Shown one piece after another: positions 52,010 through 62,036 of a stretch of DNA of 64,000 nucleotides. A program made the position numbers and the translations under genes. The notes below the pieces were generated by a model. That model was not told where the DNA came from. It was given only the letters and a program-made list of their open reading frames with translations, and searched no databases. Origin of the DNA: a virus; IMG/VR virus record IMGVR_UViG_3300035661_000010; one strand, given 5' to 3'. Positions within the stretch are counted from its first letter, which is position 1. Each line of letters begins with the position of its first letter.

Positions 52010-52711
52010 ATGAGCGAAACCGAACAGACAACAGACCAAGCAGCCGAGCCCACGCCGGAACCCAAGGTAGAGACTCTCGTTCCTACCGTGCGAACCACAC
52101 CCACGATGACGCAGTACGCTCATGCGCTTCTGAAGGTGTGGCCGGAAGCTTCGAAGGCCCAGGCGGCAATCCTGTGGGCACAGTTCGCCGTCGAAACCGG
52201 CGCGGGAGCATGCTGCTGGAACTGGAACCTTGGCAACGTGAAACATGTGAAGGGTGACGGCTTCGACTACATGGCGCTGAAGGGCGTCTGGGAGATCGTC
52301 AACGGCCAACGCGTCGAGATCCCTGCCACCGATCCGGGGGCGTGGTTTCGATCGTACCCGGATCTGGATACGGCGATGCACGGACACTTCGTCTTCCTCC
52401 AGAAGCACTACGCTCCTGCGTGGAAGTACGTGATTGGTACGCCCACCGAAGGTCCAAGTGTCGAGTCCTTCGTGCATGCGCTCAAGGTGAAGGGTTACTT
52501 CACAGCTCCGGAAGACGCGTATCGGAATGGCATGAAGGTGCATTTCGACAAGTTCATGGTCGCGTCCGGCTATGATGAGGCGCTTGCGGCCATCAGGGCT
52601 GAGCAGCCTGTAGACAAGACGCCGCAGCCGATCCCGCACATCTATGCTGGCGTCGATATCGAGCCGCTCAAGTACGACTGGACTGACGACGACAGGCCAG
52701 TCGTCGCGTGA
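52010..52711 (+). CDS. GH73/FlgJ-like glucosaminidase (endolysin-like)
   Basis: AQFAVETG...NLGNVK...FRSY...F..ALK.KGYFTAP..Y. Confidence 0.75.
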   Translation: MSETEQTTDQAAEPTPEPKVETLVPTVRTTPTMTQYAHALLKVWPEASKAQAAILWAQFAVETGAGACCWNWNLGNVKHVKGDGFDYMALKGVWEIVNGQRVEIPATDPGAWFRSYPDLDTAMHGHFVFLQKHYAPAWKYVIGTPTEGPSVESFVHALKVKGYFTAPEDAYRNGMKVHFDKFMVASGYDEALAAIRAEQPVDKTPQPIPHIYAGVDIEPLKYDWTDDDRPVVA

Positions 52712-53226
52712 TCGACTCCATCCCTCAGGACATCAACGATCAGATCGCCATCGCCACTGCGACCGAGAATCTCGTTCAGGTGCTCGGTCCGGAGAACGAA
52801 TGGTGGTTGGTCGCCCCGTTCTACGTTGCACCCGTAGGTATCGGTCAGGCAGAGACTCTCGCCGAGAGTCTTGGGTTCGAGCTCCCGACACCGAAGCTGG
52901 TGGACGCCATCTACGAAGCGTCCGATCTCAAGGTCGATGCCTCTAAGATGATCTTCACGCCAAAGGAAGGATCGGACTACTCGTTCAAGACGATGGCGTC
53001 GCAAGCCACCTTCGACATCACGTACATGAAGCTGACCAAGCAGATCCTCGGGAAGTCGTTCACGCTGCTTGGCGGCTCGCACAAGGACGTCGTGAAGAAA
53101 GACGGCGTCATCGGCATCTACGGATGGCAGCCTGCACGAGGTTCTACGATCCAGGGCTTCTACACGAAGCACGACCACGGCTGGATCGACTACAGTCAAG
53201 GCTTGCGGCTCGTTCGACGAGCCTGA
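52708..53226 (+). CDS. Conserved-looking hypothetical protein
   Basis: LPTPKLVDAIY, GSHKDVV, IYGW, H...WIDYSQGLRLV; GTGA overlap with the muramidase. Confidence 0.65.
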   Translation: MIDSIPQDINDQIAIATATENLVQVLGPENEWWLVAPFYVAPVGIGQAETLAESLGFELPTPKLVDAIYEASDLKVDASKMIFTPKEGSDYSFKTMASQATFDITYMKLTKQILGKSFTLLGGSHKDVVKKDGVIGIYGWQPARGSTIQGFYTKHDHGWIDYSQGLRLVRRA

Positions 53227-53283
53227 TACGACACGTTCAGCAGTGGCAAGACACATGCAAGGCCGTAGACACTGGAGTGTCCA

Positions 53284-53739
53284 ATGACGATCCACAAGGT
53301 GAAGATGTGCGGCTGCGGCCACGAGGCGAGCTGGCACGCGGAGAACGGTACTGGTCCATGTACGTATGGGCACGATCACCCGTTCAAAGGCTGTACCTGT
53401 GAAGGTTTCGGTCGCCGCCGACACCCGGTACCTTCCGATGATCCGGCGCCGAAGGCGAAGGTTCCTTGGATGGAGAAGCGGCTGAAAGAGATCGGCAACC
53501 AGCTCGACGTCCTGGAGCGCGACTTCGCCCGCGGTATCAAGGCCGTGAGGACGAATGTCGACATGCTCTTCTCGAACTTCGATCCGGTAGCACGGATGAA
53601 GGAAGTCAGAGACACACTCAAGTATCAGCTGGATCGAGTGAACAAGTACGTCGCGTCGGCGGAGGCTGCGCAGAAAGAAGCTAGGAATGGTGGCAGTCAA
53701 AGAGTGCCACGAGTGCAAGAAGAATCGAAAGACGAGTGA
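53284..53739 (+). CDS. Hypothetical protein (Cys/His N-terminus + coiled coil)
   Basis: GGAG RBS; CGCGH...H...C...CTC. Confidence 0.6.
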   Translation: MTIHKVKMCGCGHEASWHAENGTGPCTYGHDHPFKGCTCEGFGRRRHPVPSDDPAPKAKVPWMEKRLKEIGNQLDVLERDFARGIKAVRTNVDMLFSNFDPVARMKEVRDTLKYQLDRVNKYVASAEAAQKEARNGGSQRVPRVQEESKDE

Positions 53740-53879
53740 GTTCGGCCCATGCAAGGCGAGCCGTGATGGCCTCGCATACTGGTGCAAGAAGTGTCGTTCT
53801 GACCACGAGGATGACCGCTCGTGCAACTTCTGAAAGTCGTCGATGACCGGCGATGAGTTTCGAGAGAGGATGAAAGAGG

Positions 53880-54782
53880 ATGCCGTATTCAGCCAAGATC
53901 ATTGCTGACTCCATTGGTCCCACTGGAGCTCGCCTGACGACGTGGGAATTAAGTTATCCAAGGTTTTGTCATAGTGAACTCATGACTCACCGTATGTTCT
54001 CGCGCAATGCTGCCAGTTCGCGTGCCATCCCGCTCGAGAAGATGCTCAGTCGAGTCTCGGAAGATCCGGCTATGCCCAAGTTCTGGGGAGAGAACCAGTC
54101 CGGCATGCAAGCCGCTCAAGAGTTGTCGACAGAGGACATCGAAGAGGCAAAGAGGATCTGGCTCGAAGCGCGCGACCTCATGGTCAAGTACGCCAGGAAG
54201 CTCGGATCGCCGAAGGACAAAGGTGGGCTGAATGTTCACAAGCAGATCGCCAACAGGCTCACTGAGCCGTGGATGCACATCACTGTGCTCGTGTCGGCCA
54301 CGAACTTCATGAACTGGTATGGGCTACGCGATCACGCGATGGCCCAGCCCGAGCTTGCCTGGGTGGCTCACGAGATGCTCCAGGTCATCAAGGCAGCAAA
54401 GCCGGTGAAGATGCCATTTGGTAGCTGGCACCTACCGCTCGTTCCAGACGAGAACAAGCTTCTGCGTGAAGGCTTCTCGGAAGACGACATCAAAATGATC
54501 TGTGCAGGGCGTTGTGCACGCGTCTCGTACCTGACGCATGATGGTCAGCGAGATCCGAAGGCCGACATCGAGCTCGCCACGAAACTGCTCTCGAATGGCC
54601 ACATGAGTCCGTTCGAGCACGCGGGGAGAGCACTCGAAGAGCTGACATGGTCCGGCAACTTCAGGGGCTTCGAGCAGCTCAGGAAGACGCTTCCTGGTGA
54701 GTCTCTGTTCGCGCACAACTCGAACATGGCGGAGCTGATGGAGATCGAGGGTTTGTCTGTGACTGATCGGCTGGCCGTATGA
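53880..54782 (+). CDS. thyX: Flavin-dependent thymidylate synthase-like (phage Thy1 type)
   Basis: ELMTHRMFSRNAASSRAIP, HKQIANRLTEPW, LRDH..AQPE, CARVSY, HMSPFEH. Confidence 0.85.
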   Translation: MPYSAKIIADSIGPTGARLTTWELSYPRFCHSELMTHRMFSRNAASSRAIPLEKMLSRVSEDPAMPKFWGENQSGMQAAQELSTEDIEEAKRIWLEARDLMVKYARKLGSPKDKGGLNVHKQIANRLTEPWMHITVLVSATNFMNWYGLRDHAMAQPELAWVAHEMLQVIKAAKPVKMPFGSWHLPLVPDENKLLREGFSEDDIKMICAGRCARVSYLTHDGQRDPKADIELATKLLSNGHMSPFEHAGRALEELTWSGNFRGFEQLRKTLPGESLFAHNSNMAELMEIEGLSVTDRLAV

Positions 54783-55087
54783 ACTGGAAGCGTAAGGACA
54801 TGCCAACGATCATGAGCGGTATCGTCGTTCGATACCAGCTCGACGATGGATACTACTCGGGCGAGGTCTCGGTATCGCGCGAAGGTGTCGCTATCAGTGG
54901 CGTTTGGCCCACGATGTGCCTCGAGGCCGATCTGGAAGAAATGAAAGCCGTTATGGAGTTGGCTCGGCATCAGTATGCACACATCGTCAAATCGCAGAAG
55001 GCACGGCCCTTCGATGATGATCTTGTCATCCTGAGAACGAAGATCGGTTCGTTCGCCATTCGAAAGGTCGAAGCATCGTCCGTGTAA
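54779..55087 (+). CDS. Hypothetical protein
   Basis: ATGA overlap. Confidence 0.5.
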   Translation: MNWKRKDMPTIMSGIVVRYQLDDGYYSGEVSVSREGVAISGVWPTMCLEADLEEMKAVMELARHQYAHIVKSQKARPFDDDLVILRTKIGSFAIRKVEASSV

Positions 55088-55110
55088 AAGAGCCGTGGTA
55101 TGAATGACTC

Positions 55111-57033
55111 ATGTCCACGGATGCGCTGACGTTCTCGTCGTCCGAAATTACGCTCCACTGGCTGGAGCAGTACGTCTCCGATGGCCTCAACCGAAAACTC
55201 GGAGCCACATCGGCGCGCGGCGTCTACAGAGGCTTCGATCTCGTTCCGTCCGTGACGGACCTTCACGTCACAGTGAAAGCAGACCCGACGTTCCTGGACC
55301 ATGCAGCCCAGGTCATGCTCAACGGAGGCGAGCACGGTGTCGCTGTCAAAAAGAGCGGCGGCGACTTCGACATCGACCTCACGGCCTTCGCGAACAAGAC
55401 GGTCGTCCTGGCCTTGTACGTGAACTACACGGTGAGCGCGACCACCACAGGCGCGTTACGCATCTACCAGCTGTACCCAGTAGACCAGTTTACTGGAGCG
55501 ACAGAGAAGCCGATCCTCACGATCCTCGGGACGGTCCGCGTTCCGGGTGCCGGTACCATTGCGGACGAAGACATCACGCCAGGGCTGCGCATGGAGGCGT
55601 GGGCCGAAGCAGGTCGTGCCGCCACCATCCCGAGACAGCTCATTCGCAACGGCAGCTTCGAGCAGTCGGAGGTTGGGTCTCTGGGGCCATACTCGGCCTG
55701 GTACTGGGTCAAGAATCCGGCGGGCGCTTCGATCAGCTACTGGACTCCGATCAAGACAGACTCTGCCAACAGCGGTGAATCCCGAAGCATGGAGCTTCAG
55801 TGGGTGAACGCGACAGGAGCCGTTTCGTCATCGATCGGTCAGGCCGTCAATGCGCAGGTCGCGGTCGGTGACTACATGCGTGTTCGCCTCAAGGTAAAAG
55901 CCCTCCAGGTTCCGTCCGGAGGATCGCTCAAGATCGTTCTGAACTACCAGGACATCGACGGTGTCGATATGGGTGCGCCATCCGTCTATACGATTCCAAT
56001 GACCGCGGTCGATGCGATCTATCGACAGATCGATCAGAAGTTCAAGGTTCCGTCAGGGGCAGCCTTCCTCAGCCACTTCGAGATTGTTGCGGACAACATC
56101 GTCGCAGCTAGCGATGCGGCCGTCGTTCGTGTCGATGATGCAGAAGTGTGGGCAGACACGCGTACGCCCGCCAAGGTATTGAAGAAAGACGTCGCACAGA
56201 GCGTCATGGCCACGGCGCTCCAGCTTCTGCCAGATCCCGCCAACGGTGGAGCAGCAGCCGTTGCTGACCTCGCTCGAGCTTTGTCTCTCGCTTTGGATGC
56301 ATCGGGTGCAGAGGCGGTTGTGAACGCGGGACGTCGAGACGCCGGGACCGTGAACCATCCGATCTTGCAATGGCTCGGACGCATGAGACTCGGTTCTGGA
56401 AAGACCAGTCTTCTTGATCCGACGCTCACAACCACGCACGACGCCTCTGGCGGAGTCGCTCCAGTGTCACTGATCTGGGAGAGCGTCCCTACTTCCGGAA
56501 CGACCAAGACGCGCATCTACGTTTCGATGACTGGTGAGTTCATCGTTACCGTGAATGCTGCTGCAACCGTGAACGTCACGCTCACATGGGCAAAAGACAC
56601 CGCAGGCACCGCGGCCGTGAAACTGTCCGTGGGGTTCCTGAATGCCCAAGCCGATGTCATCGGCTACGTACGCCTCGCTGCAAACGACACGAACTGGACA
56701 GAGAGCGGCTGGGATGAGGTTGACAGCGTTGTCGGCATCACGCGCGCCATCGGCATTGCCGACACGATGGACAGTGCCGGTGGGCACGACAAGTTCGTCA
56801 CCTTCACCGCTGGATCGATCACGTATGCTCTCATCAATCCGGCTCTCTTCAAGGGTCGAAGCTTGATGATGGCGGACAACTCGTTCCTGCTGGCGTTGGG
56901 CGCAGGGATTACGCTGACGCGCTTCGGTACGGAGAAGATCGATGGCGTAGCAGCGGACTACGAGCTGAACATGCCAGGTGGTCGCTGGGTGCTGAAGTCA
57001 GATGGCGTTGACTGGCACTTGTTTTCTTGCTGA
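55111..57033 (+). CDS. Putative tail/baseplate or receptor-binding protein with CBM-like domain
   Basis: 640 aa, Thr/Ala/Val/Gly-rich; LIRNGSFEQ...VRVDD CBM-like segment; C-terminal EKIDG...LKSDGVDW. Confidence 0.6.
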   Translation: MSTDALTFSSSEITLHWLEQYVSDGLNRKLGATSARGVYRGFDLVPSVTDLHVTVKADPTFLDHAAQVMLNGGEHGVAVKKSGGDFDIDLTAFANKTVVLALYVNYTVSATTTGALRIYQLYPVDQFTGATEKPILTILGTVRVPGAGTIADEDITPGLRMEAWAEAGRAATIPRQLIRNGSFEQSEVGSLGPYSAWYWVKNPAGASISYWTPIKTDSANSGESRSMELQWVNATGAVSSSIGQAVNAQVAVGDYMRVRLKVKALQVPSGGSLKIVLNYQDIDGVDMGAPSVYTIPMTAVDAIYRQIDQKFKVPSGAAFLSHFEIVADNIVAASDAAVVRVDDAEVWADTRTPAKVLKKDVAQSVMATALQLLPDPANGGAAAVADLARALSLALDASGAEAVVNAGRRDAGTVNHPILQWLGRMRLGSGKTSLLDPTLTTTHDASGGVAPVSLIWESVPTSGTTKTRIYVSMTGEFIVTVNAAATVNVTLTWAKDTAGTAAVKLSVGFLNAQADVIGYVRLAANDTNWTESGWDEVDSVVGITRAIGIADTMDSAGGHDKFVTFTAGSITYALINPALFKGRSLMMADNSFLLALGAGITLTRFGTEKIDGVAADYELNMPGGRWVLKSDGVDWHLFSC

Positions 57034-57057
57034 ATGTGTAGACTGATGAGGTAGAAC

Positions 57058-57939
57058 ATGGCTCGACCGCAGCAGAAGAAGTTCACCACATCCGGCTCGT
57101 TCGCCGTCCCGCCGAATGTGTTCATGATGCACCTTCGCTTCTGGGGAGGCGGCGGCGGCGGCGGCGGCGGATGTGGAGGCCAGCAGGGGGCAACCACAAT
57201 AACGGCTTGCGGAGGCTCTGGTGGAGCCGGGTCTCAGGAAGTAGACCAGTTCGTTCCGGTCACCCCCGGCGACACGATTACCGTCACCCTTGGTGCGGGC
57301 GGAACGGCGGGCGTGGCGGGCGCGACCAACGGTGGAGCTGGCGGTCACGGAGGCGATGGTGGAGACACCACGATTCAGATCGGCGCCAACACGTACACCG
57401 CATCAGGTGCCGGTGGCGGACGCGGAACGCTCGGCATCTCGGCCACCCCGTACATCACGCTTGGTGGCTGTGCGGCCAAGAGCGCTACCGTCGAGTTTCC
57501 AACGTCCACTGGAACGTCAGGCATCCAGGACGGTGCCGGACTGACAAGACGAGCTCACGGCGACGGTGGCTGGTCTGGTTCTGGAGGGTCCACGATCTCC
57601 AGCGGCGCCGCCTCTGGAGCGAACAGCAAGAACGGAAACGCAGGAGGAGCACTGTCCATCGGAGGGGCCAACAACGGCGGCATCGGCGGCTGTGGATCTG
57701 GTGGCGGCGGAGCGGGTCCTGGCGGTCCAGGTGGAGCTGGCCAGAACGGTAGCAACGGTAGCAACGTTCCCCTCGCCTCGACCATCGGTATTGATGGCGT
57801 GTCACCCGCGCCCAACAGTGGAGCAGGTGCTTCAGGCGGCTCTGGTGGTGGCGGAAACCAGATCGGTGGATTTAACAGTAGCGGTGGAGCTGGTGCGGTC
57901 GGTGGGACAGGCTACGCAGAGATCACGTGGTGGCAATGA
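57058..57939 (+). CDS. Glycine-rich tail-fibre-associated protein
   Basis: FTTSGSFAVP...WGGGGGG...VPVTPGDTITVTLGAGG...GGTGYAEITW. Confidence 0.75.
   Translation: MARPQQKKFTTSGSFAVPPNVFMMHLRFWGGGGGGGGGCGGQQGATTITACGGSGGAGSQEVDQFVPVTPGDTITVTLGAGGTAGVAGATNGGAGGHGGDGGDTTIQIGANTYTASGAGGGRGTLGISATPYITLGGCAAKSATVEFPTSTGTSGIQDGAGLTRRAHGDGGWSGSGGSTISSGAASGANSKNGNAGGALSIGGANNGGIGGCGSGGGGAGPGGPGGAGQNGSNGSNVPLASTIGIDGVSPAPNSGAGASGGSGGGGNQIGGFNSSGGAGAVGGTGYAEITWWQ
57148..57170 (+). repeat. (GGC)7 microsatellite encoding poly-Gly
   Basis: Directly visible. Confidence 0.9.
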
Positions 57940-58664
57940 TCATAGGGATCAGTGGAAAGGCCAGGTCTGGAAAAGACTCTGTTGCCGAAGCAGTCCGCAA
58001 CCAGGTTGGCGCCTTCAGTATGGCCATGTCCGATCCAGGAAAACGATTCCTGAGAGACTGCTTCGGCTTTACGCACGAGCAGCTCTGGGGTAACAAGAAA
58101 GAGGCTCAGGACCTCAGATTTCCGCTGAGCTCGAAGATGCTTGCGGTCGCGGAAGCAGAACACAAGGCTGCGATCTACAGAGGCGATCACGACCATGTCA
58201 TGGAGACGCATCTGACGCCGAGGAGGACGTTCCAGGTCATGCTGGAGGGTCTTCGCGAGCTGTACGATCCTGTCTGGATCGACCTCGTATTGTCTCAGGC
58301 CAAGCTGTTGCTTGAGAGTGAAGGTACCTGGTATTCGCCAGCGGACGGCATCTTCGGTTCTACCGTCGCACGTGATCCGATCCCGGCGGTGCTCATCACC
58401 GACGTTCGTAACACGAACGACATGAAGCGGCTACGTTCGCTGGGCCACAAGGTTGTTCGAGTTCGTCGCCGGGAACCAGGTCTCACTGGCGCAAGAAGCG
58501 TTCACATCAGTGAGACGATGCAGGACGACATGGACGACATGTTCTTCGATGCGGTGATCGATAACGATTCGAGCCTTGGTCACTTGAGAGATATAGCCAT
58601 CACGATGTATCGATCGTTTCTCGATGGAGAGCATCGATCGGTAGAAGGGCTCTGGCTGAGATAG
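57936..58664 (+). CDS. Deoxynucleoside monophosphate kinase (T4 gp1-like)
   Basis: IIGISGKARSGKDSVA, TPR..FQ, WID, ITDVR, HISE, VIDND. Confidence 0.85.
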   Translation: MIIGISGKARSGKDSVAEAVRNQVGAFSMAMSDPGKRFLRDCFGFTHEQLWGNKKEAQDLRFPLSSKMLAVAEAEHKAAIYRGDHDHVMETHLTPRRTFQVMLEGLRELYDPVWIDLVLSQAKLLLESEGTWYSPADGIFGSTVARDPIPAVLITDVRNTNDMKRLRSLGHKVVRVRRREPGLTGARSVHISETMQDDMDDMFFDAVIDNDSSLGHLRDIAITMYRSFLDGEHRSVEGLWLR

Positions 58665-58673
58665 GAGATCGAC

Positions 58674-59339
58674 ATGAGTGAGGGCACTGACGAGAGAATC
58701 GGACCGTGGATGGGGACGTGGAGCGGAGGTAGGTTCTATCCGCTCGATCCAAGACCAGAGGAGGTCTTCCTGCTCGACATTGCGCAGTCACTGTCGAAAC
58801 AGTGTCGTTACCTCGGACACAGTCTGAGGTTCTACTCGGTGGCGCAGCACTCGACGATCTGTGCCACTATCCTGCTCGGATCGCACGGGCCGCTAATGGC
58901 GATGCAGGGACTTCTGCATGACGCCGCGGAGGCGTACCTCGGAGATCTGATTAGCCCGCTCAAGATCGGGACCAGGATAGGGGAGATGTACCTGGAGCAC
59001 GAAGCCAAGCTGCACGACGTCATCATGACTCGATTCGGACTGTTCGCCGGCGACCTGCCAGATCCGGTGAAGGAAGCGGATCGACGGGTCCTTGCCACCG
59101 AGGCAAAGACTCTCGTCGCGTCCACCAAGGGATGGAACCTTGCTCAGCCGTACGCGTTCCTTGTTGCCCCGGTGGGCCCGGAGGAGGCGCTGATGCAGTT
59201 TTTGAAGACGGCCGACATGCTATGGAAGATGCTCCACAACGGCCAGTCGGTCTACCATGTGAGCAACCCCACCTTCTCCTCATCTCCGCCGCCCAAAGAG
59301 GTTACGGAAGCTCTCGGAGAGCCTACGCCAGCCTTCTAA
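58674..59339 (+). CDS. HD-domain 5'-deoxynucleotidase (YfbR/YfdR-like)
   Basis: DIAQSLSKQCRYLGH...YSVAQHS, LLHDAAEAYLGDLISPLK, VKEAD. Confidence 0.88.
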   Translation: MSEGTDERIGPWMGTWSGGRFYPLDPRPEEVFLLDIAQSLSKQCRYLGHSLRFYSVAQHSTICATILLGSHGPLMAMQGLLHDAAEAYLGDLISPLKIGTRIGEMYLEHEAKLHDVIMTRFGLFAGDLPDPVKEADRRVLATEAKTLVASTKGWNLAQPYAFLVAPVGPEEALMQFLKTADMLWKMLHNGQSVYHVSNPTFSSSPPPKEVTEALGEPTPAF

Positions 59340-59424
59340 GTGGGATCACAAGTCGTAACTTGTAAACTGCACTGGAACGTGGCTCCTTCGTAGTGTACGA
59401 AAGCAGTATGAGGGATCGTCAGCC

Positions 59425-59934
59425 GTGACCGTCTTTGTACGTGACAACGGACTGGAAGGCGCGGAGCACGAGATCGAGTTCGTCGATTGCGGCGGTCTCG
59501 ATGAGTACTACGCAGAGTTGTTTCTTCTACGAGACGGAGAGTCGCGAATCCTTGGACTCGTGCCTCGCCGTATGTGGAAGGAGCACAAGGTGCTGATCCC
59601 ATTCGAGCAGTGGCTCGGGCCTGACGATTTCTTCGTTCAGCAGAAGGATTCGAACTGCGCACATGTCAGCGCCATGAAGGCCGGCAAAGCGCAGCACTTC
59701 AGGCTGAACATGGAGATGTGGGGCACGGCCCCAGCCGAAGTCATGCTTCCGGTGTTCAAGACGTGGCGAGCAATGTACCGAAAAGGCTGCTCCACTGCGT
59801 TCGCTCGTGCGGCATACTTGGTGACCAGAGCCAAGGGCGAGCTCGAAACGTTCGTGAACGGCAAGACAAATCCGAGACAGTTGATTCTCGACGACGAAGA
59901 GGAGAAGGACGATGGAAGAGAGGGCACCGGATAA
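59425..59934 (+). CDS. Hypothetical protein
   Basis: GAGG RBS, GTG start. Confidence 0.55.
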   Translation: MTVFVRDNGLEGAEHEIEFVDCGGLDEYYAELFLLRDGESRILGLVPRRMWKEHKVLIPFEQWLGPDDFFVQQKDSNCAHVSAMKAGKAQHFRLNMEMWGTAPAEVMLPVFKTWRAMYRKGCSTAFARAAYLVTRAKGELETFVNGKTNPRQLILDDEEEKDDGREGTG

Positions 59935-60199
59935 GAAGCGAGCCACCCCTATGTGCAGACGCTGCGCCAAGGGCGTGCACTGCCCTGTGGGCATCAAGCT
60001 CCAGAGAGAGCTCCAGCTCGCTCGAGATCTGCACGCTCTCGACGACAACAAGGGACGACGAAAGCGTCGCGTCAGGGCGTACAGGGCTTGGCAGAAGCAC
60101 GTGAGCGGAGAGAAGGTTCAGACGATGAACCTGGTCCTTCCGGAGACGGACTTTGTCGTCATCGACTTCGGATGCATCGGCATGGTCGGTGTCGCATGA
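59912..60199 (+). CDS. Hypothetical protein (CRRC....C)
   Basis: AAGGA RBS; ATGA overlap with next ORF. Confidence 0.5.
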   Translation: MEERAPDKKRATPMCRRCAKGVHCPVGIKLQRELQLARDLHALDDNKGRRKRRVRAYRAWQKHVSGEKVQTMNLVLPETDFVVIDFGCIGMVGVA

Positions 60200-60447
60200 G
60201 CAAGGTTGCGGGTCTGAACGCACATCGGCTCAAGAGCAATCCGGAGGAAGCCAAGTTCGCCATGTGGTGGGACAGGTGGAATAGGCACGGTAGCACGCTT
60301 GCTCACGCCCTCTACGTTGGCGATGGTGACGGATCTCACCCACCGGAGCCAAGCGAGCGCGACAAGATCGTTGCTGCCACCGTTATTCAGTGGCTCGGGT
60401 CTCCGACTGGGAAAGCGTTCCTGAACGACGTCGGCTACGAGAAGTAG
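60196..60447 (+). CDS. Hypothetical protein
   Basis: ATGA overlap; AATVIQWLGSP.G..FL. Confidence 0.6.
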   Translation: MSKVAGLNAHRLKSNPEEAKFAMWWDRWNRHGSTLAHALYVGDGDGSHPPEPSERDKIVAATVIQWLGSPTGKAFLNDVGYEK

Positions 60448-60466
60448 AACGACAAGGAGGTTGGTC

Positions 60467-60742
60467 ATGGATATCGTGAAGAGGGCGAAAGAGTCCCTCA
60501 AGGGACAGGCGCGCCGAGCGGTCACCAAGATGCGTCTGCGCAATCGCTTGCGGAGCCCAGAGCCTCTCGGGCTCGGCGACCTCCTGGAGCTTGTTTCAGC
60601 CAGCTTGGACGAAGCCTGGGACGAACGGGACCGCAAGCGAGAAGAGGGAAAGGAACGCTATCGCGCTCTCGGTTTCGCCTACGACGACGATGATGCGGCT
60701 GACTACTACGACGTGTTTCACCACGACGTGGGTGACAGATGA
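60467..60742 (+). CDS. Hypothetical protein
   Basis: AAGGAGG RBS. Confidence 0.55.
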   Translation: MDIVKRAKESLKGQARRAVTKMRLRNRLRSPEPLGLGDLLELVSASLDEAWDERDRKREEGKERYRALGFAYDDDDAADYYDVFHHDVGDR

Positions 60743-60948
60743 GCGAGCCAAATGACTACGACGACGAGCAGCTCTTTGAGAGCTACTGCCGCATGACGTG
60801 TTTGAGCGGAAGCGAGCGTGGGAGATGTCCGTGCAAAAATCCAAAGGAATGCAAGCTGCAAGAGCACCCAGACTACGCAGCTCATCGAGAGCAGGCGTCG
60901 ACGATGATGGGTCTGATGATACAGGCGGACCCGCATCGGAAAGAGTGA
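60739..60948 (+). CDS. Small Cys-rich hypothetical protein
   Basis: ATGA overlap. Confidence 0.5.
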   Translation: MSEPNDYDDEQLFESYCRMTCLSGSERGRCPCKNPKECKLQEHPDYAAHREQASTMMGLMIQADPHRKE

Positions 60949-61628
60949 GGTACCGGGTACCGCCCAAGAGATGGAACCCTGACATCGTCATCAACCAGCT
61001 CGCGACGGTGTACGGCGTCACGATTCAGTGGAAGCCGTTCGGTGACATGCAGAAGAACATCCGCGGCCCGTACGTGCACGGGTGCGTTCCAGAAGAAGAA
61101 ACGGTCGTCTTCGCAACGAACCGTGGCCTTGAGGCAGGTGTAGAGGTATACCTGCACGAGCTTGTACACGTCATCACGCAGGCGCCGTACTCGACCATCG
61201 ATCAGCAGCCAGAGGAGCACATGCTCTTCCAGTTCGAGCGCGCGCTCGCAAAGGAGGTGCTTGATCGGTACGACTACGAGCGCGTCGTGAAGTGGCAAGA
61301 GTGGACCATGATGAGGGTCGTCGGAGACGGTGTGGCGCTCGGCAGCTACCCGTACTACTGGAGCACGAGGTGGTGGAAGGAAGGCTACCGACGATGTCGG
61401 CTGGTTGGTCTTCTGGACAACGACAATAGACCAACCTTCGAAAGGGCTGATTGGTGGAAACTGCCCATCGAGCTCGAAGCGGTGGGTCGATCAACATTCA
61501 GCAAAAGGGAGACAGACAGATGGACGGAACTGCACGCGTACGACAAAAAAGAAAGAAGGATTCGGCACACGGAATGGGAAAGGCTCAGATCCGCTCGTTA
61601 CCGACTCCTCGCGGGCCCTTCCCTTTGA
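60945..61628 (+). CDS. Putative zincin (HExxH) metallopeptidase-like protein
   Basis: YLHELVHV followed by EE; GTGA overlap. Confidence 0.55.
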   Translation: MRYRVPPKRWNPDIVINQLATVYGVTIQWKPFGDMQKNIRGPYVHGCVPEEETVVFATNRGLEAGVEVYLHELVHVITQAPYSTIDQQPEEHMLFQFERALAKEVLDRYDYERVVKWQEWTMMRVVGDGVALGSYPYYWSTRWWKEGYRRCRLVGLLDNDNRPTFERADWWKLPIELEAVGRSTFSKRETDRWTELHAYDKKERRIRHTEWERLRSARYRLLAGPSL

Positions 61629-61633
61629 CTGTC

Positions 61634-61933
61634 ATGTTCGACAAGACGGTGATGCGGCCAGGCTGCATCCTGATTCAGGCGGCTGCGGGCATGCTGATTG
61701 GTCCTTGGGATCTGAACTTGATCTCGCATGGAGAGGGCTGGCTCGTGAGTCATACGGTAGACATGAAGCCGTACACGATTCACACGAAAGAAGAGTTCGA
61801 TCAGGTAAGGATGCTCGTCATGGGCTTCCACATGGTCAAGGAGAACGAGCGTGTCGAGCGATCCGAAGAAAGAGCAGGACTTGATGCCCCTCGACTGCGA
61901 GGTCGAGCGCGAGAAGATGCTGAAACAGGCTGA
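61634..61933 (+). CDS. Hypothetical protein
   Basis: Operonic ORF. Confidence 0.45.
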   Translation: MFDKTVMRPGCILIQAAAGMLIGPWDLNLISHGEGWLVSHTVDMKPYTIHTKEEFDQVRMLVMGFHMVKENERVERSEERAGLDAPRLRGRAREDAETG

Positions 61934-62036
61934 CGAAGATCCATTCGGTATCAACGAAGATGAAGGCGACGATGAGTAGGTTGCACACGGCAGGCGGGGC
62001 CTCTGTTGCATCGAAGAGCATTCCGGGCAAAGACAA

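Noticed and set aside
55111-57939. Diversity-generating retroelement target
   Set aside because: No reverse transcriptase and no template/variable repeat pair seen in the window
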